This document shows positions 59,646-64,000 of a stretch of DNA of 64,000 nucleotides, in pieces (position 1 is the first letter of the stretch; every line of letters starts with the position of its first letter). Source of the stretch: Pirellulales bacterium. GTDB taxonomy: Bacteria > Planctomycetota > Planctomycetia > Pirellulales > DATAWG01. Where the stretch lies: assembly GCA_963725485.1 (NCBI GenBank), contig CAVRYO010000007.1:363928-427927 (forward strand). Direction: 5' to 3'. A program made the position numbers and the translations under genes. The notes under the pieces are model-generated. The model ran no database searches. It saw nothing but the letters and a program-made list of their open reading frames with translations, and had not been told where the DNA came from.

Positions 59646-61824
59646 CTAGTGTGAGGAAGTGCCTGTGGGCGGCGAAAAGTAGCCGAGCGATCGGAGTTTC
59701 TCAACCAGCTTCGCGGCAGCCGGAGCCGCGGTTATGGACGCCTCGCCGGCGTGTTCCAGAACGACGACAAAGGCGACCTTTGGCGCGTCGGCCGGAGCGT
59801 AGCCGGCGAACCAGGCATGCTCCAACTGGCAGCCGCCCGTTTCGGCGGTGCCGGTCTTACCAGCGACTTCGACGCTCGCCAAATGAAATGCTCCGTGTGC
59901 AGTTCCCTCCGAGTCGGTAACAACTTGGCGCAGTCCGCGGCGGAGAATCGCCAGCCGCTGGGGATCGAGCCCAGGAATCGGCTGCGGCGGAGGAAAATCC
60001 AGCGGCAAATTCGCGTCGTTTAACGGCGCTGGGCTGGTTGTTGTCGACTCGGCCACGTGGGGCGTCACCAGGTTTCCGCCGTTGGCCACCGCGGCCATCA
60101 GCCGCACAATCTGCAACGGGGTCACCGTGAGCGAGCTTTGGCCGATCGCCAGCGCTGCCGCGGCGGCGTCCTGTGCCGCATGCTGCTTATCGGAAGCGAT
60201 GTCCGGCGCCGGCAAATGGCCCGGCGATTCACCCGGCAGATCGATACCTGCGGTGCGGCCCAATCCGCAGCGCCGGCTCCATTCGAGCAACGGCCCTGTG
60301 CCGAGTTCTTCGCCGTAGTGAAAAAAATAGACGTTGCAGCTTCGCGCCAGTGCCTCGCCGAGCGTGACTGGCCCATGCCCGACGCCCCAACGGCGATATA
60401 CGGCGCACCGCTGCCGGTCGGGCGTGTGGAGATAACCCTGACATGTAAGCGGCTTTTCGGAATCGAAGCCTGGCGTTTCTAACAAGGCAATCGCCGTGAC
60501 CGTTTTGAAAACCGAGCCCGGAGGCAACGCCATTTGCACGCAGCGGTCGAACAGCGGATGGTCGGGCGCGTCGCGATAGCGGCTCCATGCTTCGCCGACC
60601 GAATGCCGATCGGACAAGAGCGCAGGATCGAATCGCGGAGCGCTGGCGGCCGCGAGAATTGCGCCGGTGTGGACATCCATCGCGAGAATAGCTCCGCCGC
60701 CGTTTGACGACATCGCCGCGGAGCCGTCGGCGTCGCCAGATTTCTCGCGATCCGATTCCGTGTCGAGTTCCGGCAATCGTCGGGCTAGCGCGGCGTCGAG
60801 CAATGTCTCCGCCGTCCGCTGGAGCTCTGAGTCGAGGGTTAATCGCAGGTCCCGCCCGGCAGTCGCACCACGGACGATCCGGCTAGTGATCATTTGCCCG
60901 TGATGATCGAGCGTATCGACCTCGCGGCCGGCCGCCCCCCGCAAGATTGCATCGTATTGGCGTTCGACGCCCGCCCGCCCCGTGCCGTCGGCAAGCTGTT
61001 CCTCTTCGTGCTCGGCGTCCGCTGTTGCCGAAACGAAACCCAACAGATGCGCCGCCAGCGCGCCGTCGGGATAGGATCGGCGACGATCGCGCACGATGCG
61101 CACGCCGGGAAATTGCTCGGGCTTGGCCTCGATCTCCGCGACGGCATCCAGCGACAAGCCGTCGTACAGTCGATGGTCCTGCAATTGCTCGGCCACGAAA
61201 ATCGTCTGGGCTGGCGGCGTGGAATTGCGGATCAGGCCATTCCACAATTTGCGCCCCGCGGATGCGAGCCACGACCCGGCGGACGAAGTTTCCAGCGAGC
61301 TTTGCCGCGCTTCGCGGGCTTCGGCAATCGCGCGACGATTCACATGATCGGAGAGCGCTTGCACGCGGGATTGAATCGTCCGGCAGCGGTCTTGCCATTC
61401 GCTCAAGGGAACACCGCACAGTCCGGCCAAACGGCGGTGCAAGGCCTCGCGAAGCGCTAAAATCCGCGATTCTTCTGCTGCCGCGCTCGGAATTGCGGCG
61501 CTCGGCGGCCGTCAGATGTGCGCGGGCGGTGTGCCGAAGCCAGACTGGATCAGGCGGCTCTTCGAGCCAGCGATATTGCATCGCCAGCGACAGCACGGGC
61601 CGGTCGCAGGCGAGAACCGTACCGTCGCGAGCGAGAATTCGGCCTCGTTCGGCCAGGATCGTCCGCGTTCGTTCGACGGGCCGCGCTGCCTCGGCACGGT
61701 ACATCGCGCCGTAACGCCACTCAAGTGCCGCCAGGCGGCCACAAATCCCAGCGCACAACACAATGAAGCCGACCAGCAGCCAGCGAAGCCGACGCGCAGG
61801 ATTGTTGGGCGGAGTCGGGTTCAC
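59646..61824 (-). pseudogene. mrdA: Peptidoglycan D,D-transpeptidase PBP2 (MrdA), apparent frameshift near 61450
   Basis: N-terminus with TM LRWLLVGFIVLCAGICGRLAALEWRYGAMYRAEAARPVERTRTILAERGRILARDGTVLA (ORF 60883..61824 frame); the main ORF has the dimerisation domain and transpeptidase motifs (SVFK, SCN, KTGTAE). Confidence 0.8.
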
Positions 61825-61864
61825 AAGATTCGCGCGATCTCTGGTTGGACATCCCCAGCTAGTG

Positions 61865-62015
61865 CATTGTCACAGCTCGAATTTAGGGTGCCACTGGCTC
61901 TGCCAGGCTCTGCCAGTGTTCTTCGTTGCTGACCGATCAAGGCAAGAATTCCAAGAATCACTGGCAGAGCCAGTGGCGCACATTCCCAAACCCAAGCGTT
62001 GACAATGCACTAGAC
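61865..62015. mobile_element. MITE-like element (~150 bp), full copy in opposite orientation to the 20795 copy, between mrdA and mreD
   Basis: ctagtgcattgtcacagct ... cactggctctgccagg..ctgccagtg ... cactggcagagccagtggc ... agcgttgacaatgcactag; it overlaps the annotated mreD 3' end by a few nt. Confidence 0.6.
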
Positions 62016-62511
62016 CGCCAGCAGCATACCGTCGCGTGCGCCGCGGACGCGGTTGAACAGCATCAACAGCGGCAACCCAACTGCCGCGGTATAAACGCCG
62101 ACCGTTGCGCCGCGCACGGCCAATGTGGGCCAGGAAAGTGTTGTCTCGGACATCAGACGCCAAACCGCTCCTTCCACGAGCGCGATCGCCGTCACGGCCA
62201 ACCAAACGACTGCCAGCTGCGCGAACAGGAAATTCGGATCCAGCCGCGATCGAAATTGGTTGATGACATAGCCGGCCAAAGCGAAGGCCGCCATGCCGAC
62301 GCCCAATGGACCTGCCGAGGACAGATCGCACGCCAGGCCAACCGCCGCGGCCACCAGCAGGCCGCGCTGACGCCCGGGTCGCAACAGCCACACCACCGCC
62401 AGCAGCGCAAACAGGTCGGGCACGACGTGCCGCACTTCGATCCACGGCGCTGAACGTCGTTTCCAGAACCGCGACCAGGTAGACCGCCGGAATGAGCAAG
62501 ACGAGCGACAT
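62010..62511 (-). pseudogene. mreD: Rod shape-determining protein MreD, apparent frameshift near 62440
   Basis: N-terminus MSLVLLIPAVYLVAVLETTF (ORF 61870..62511 frame), then DLFALLAVVWLLRPGRQRGLLVAAAVGLACDL...FLFAQLAVVWLAVTAIALVEG in another frame; 5-TM small protein downstream of mreC. Confidence 0.65.
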
Positions 62512-62550
62512 TCGAAAAACCTCGGTGGATTGGTTTTGCTAAAGGCGATT

Positions 62551-63699
62551 TCAGCGGGTCTTGACTGCCGTCGAATCATCAGGTCTCGCGGGCCGGTTGG
62601 CGACGCGGCTAGGATTCAACTCCATCCGCAACACCGCCACGGTCCGTGGCTCCTCGGCCCCGACCGCCGGCTCCATCCAAATTTGCCAGTAGGGATTTCC
62701 GGAAGTGCGCTCCAACCGGACAATCCGTCCGTAGAGCAGTGGCGTCCGTAACACGCCGTCGTCGGCGGTGTAAACTTCGTCGTCGACGGCCACGGGCTGG
62801 CTTGCTTCGACCAATTCGATGCGAGCTTGCGATCCGCCTGCACCGACCAGCAAGCCGCGTGGACCGAGCCGCAAGCGGCGATCGTCAACGTGGCCGATCT
62901 GCACGGTGTCGCGATAGCCCGGCTCGCAAACGCGTTCGACAACGCTGGTGTAAGGCCCGACGCTGGCGATCCGTCCCCAGACGTGCCGGCCGGCTAACAC
63001 CAACCCGCCGCTGTCCAATCCCAGATCGCCCCCCGCGTCGAGAACCGGTCTTATGCGGGCCGCCGGGCGCGATGCGCTTACCTTGTAAGCGCCGACGGCA
63101 CGCGTGGTTTCGCGGGATGGAGAAAGGCGGTCGATGCCCGGCGACGATGCGGTTGGTCCGGCATCGGTCACGAGTGAGCCGGTGGCGATTCCGGCACGGC
63201 TGCCGGCGTCGAGCAAATCGCGGCTTTTCAAATACGCTTGAGCTTGCGATCCCAAGACGCGCGCCGTGACGGTATCGCTCAGCAACAGCGAGTCGCCGGT
63301 GCCGACGGCCGTGGTGAGCGTGGTGGCATCGCCGCGAATGAGTTCCAATTCGGCTTCCAGTTGTCGGTTTTGTTTGGCGAGCCGGGCCGCCTCGCTTTCC
63401 GCGGTGGCGAGTCGTTCAGCGGAAGCCGAAGCACCGCGGACCCAAACTACCGCGCGCCCGCCAATATCGAGCGCATGATCGACGGCGGCTTGCGCGGGTC
63501 GTAGCAAATACTGCCAGCCATGACGCACAGGATCGGTCAAGTTCTGCGGCGTCATTGCCAACCCCAGCGCGACGACGAGCAACAGCCCAAGCATGGTTCG
63601 CGGCGACGTGAATCGCTGGCGCCAAGTCGCGAAGTCCGTCCGGCTCGCGCTACAGCCGGAGATACCGGCGCCGATCGAATCGGAATCAGGTGTCGTCAT
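62551..63699 (-). CDS. mreC: Rod shape-determining protein MreC
   Basis: N-terminal TM (MLGLLLVVALGLAM), coiled coil (ERLATAESEAARLAKQNRQLEAELELIRG), then beta-rich domains; operon context mreB-mreC-mreD-mrdA. Confidence 0.75.
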   Translation of the reverse strand: MTTPDSDSIGAGISGCSASRTDFATWRQRFTSPRTMLGLLLVVALGLAMTPQNLTDPVRHGWQYLLRPAQAAVDHALDIGGRAVVWVRGASASAERLATAESEAARLAKQNRQLEAELELIRGDATTLTTAVGTGDSLLLSDTVTARVLGSQAQAYLKSRDLLDAGSRAGIATGSLVTDAGPTASSPGIDRLSPSRETTRAVGAYKVSASRPAARIRPVLDAGGDLGLDSGGLVLAGRHVWGRIASVGPYTSVVERVCEPGYRDTVQIGHVDDRRLRLGPRGLLVGAGGSQARIELVEASQPVAVDDEVYTADDGVLRTPLLYGRIVRLERTSGNPYWQIWMEPAVGAEEPRTVAVLRMELNPSRVANRPARPDDSTAVKTR

Positions 63700-64000
63700 C
63701 GGTCGACTCCAAGGTGCTGCGCCATGTGCCGAAATTCTCCAAACAAATGAGAGTTCCCCGGGCCACGGCGGTCGCAGGATCAGACGCCACCCGGGCCGGA
63801 ATGCCGGTGCGTTCGGCGAGGAATTGGTCGAGCGATCGCAACTGCGCGCCCCCCGTGAGCACCATGCCATGAGTTACAAGATCGGCCGCCAGATCCGCTC
63901 CGCAGTTGTCGACCGTTTCGCGGATGGCATCGACGATGCGATCCAGCGACTCGGCCAGCGCTTCGCGCAGTTCGGGGCTGGTGACCGTCACGCGGCGGGG
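63686..64000 (-). CDS. mreB: Rod shape-determining protein MreB (3' end only; continues beyond window)
   Basis: LDRIVDAIRETVDNCGADLAADLVTHGMVLTGGAQLRSLDQFLAERTGIPARVASDPATAVARGT matches the MreB/actin-fold C-terminus. Confidence 0.85.
   Translation of the reverse strand, partial: PRRVTVTSPELREALAESLDRIVDAIRETVDNCGADLAADLVTHGMVLTGGAQLRSLDQFLAERTGIPARVASDPATAVARGTLICLENFGTWRSTLESTDDDT

Overview
This is a 64 kb, GC-rich (roughly 62-65% by eye) bacterial chromosomal segment, probably from a Planctomycetota (Pirellulales-like) genome. That guess rests on a protein with two PSCyt1-type 'planctomycete cytochrome c' domains, many TPR proteins and the general gene content. The first ~22 kb is one long minus-strand flagellar gene cluster in Firmicute/spirochaete-like order: flgB-flgC-fliE-fliF-fliG-fliH-fliI-fliJ-ylxF-like-fliK-flgD-flgE, then PRC-barrel, CsbD and a secreted protein, then flbD-motA-motB-fliL-fliN-fliO-fliP-fliQ-fliR (fliR runs off the window start). 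Directly upstream of flgB lie a sigma-54 promoter and a sigma-54-dependent response regulator / histidine kinase pair. The remaining ~40 kb carries a large TPR protein, an esterase, mdh, an SPFH/YbjN-like pair, a TMTC-like TPR membrane protein, ettA, a rhodanese, an ECF sigma/anti-sigma module, a PSCyt1 protein, larE, a HAD-phosphatase/unknown/PfkB-kinase trio, a VWA protein, divergent efp/epmB, a PQQ beta-propeller protein, a metallophosphoesterase, a FAH-family hydrolase, queG, gyrA and mrdA-mreD-mreC-mreB. No tRNA, rRNA, CRISPR or transposase genes were recognised. Two things need a second look. First, at least four families of short palindromic interspersed repeats are present, including a ~150-bp MITE-like element with 19-bp terminal inverted repeats and a ~125-bp tandem array (4 units) in front of epmB. 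Second, a very large number (>30) of apparent 1-nt frameshifts or in-frame stops interrupt otherwise well-conserved genes, including essential ones (gyrA, mdh, mrdA, ettA), which points to a sequence-quality problem more than to biology. All identifications come from reading translated motifs; no database search was possible.
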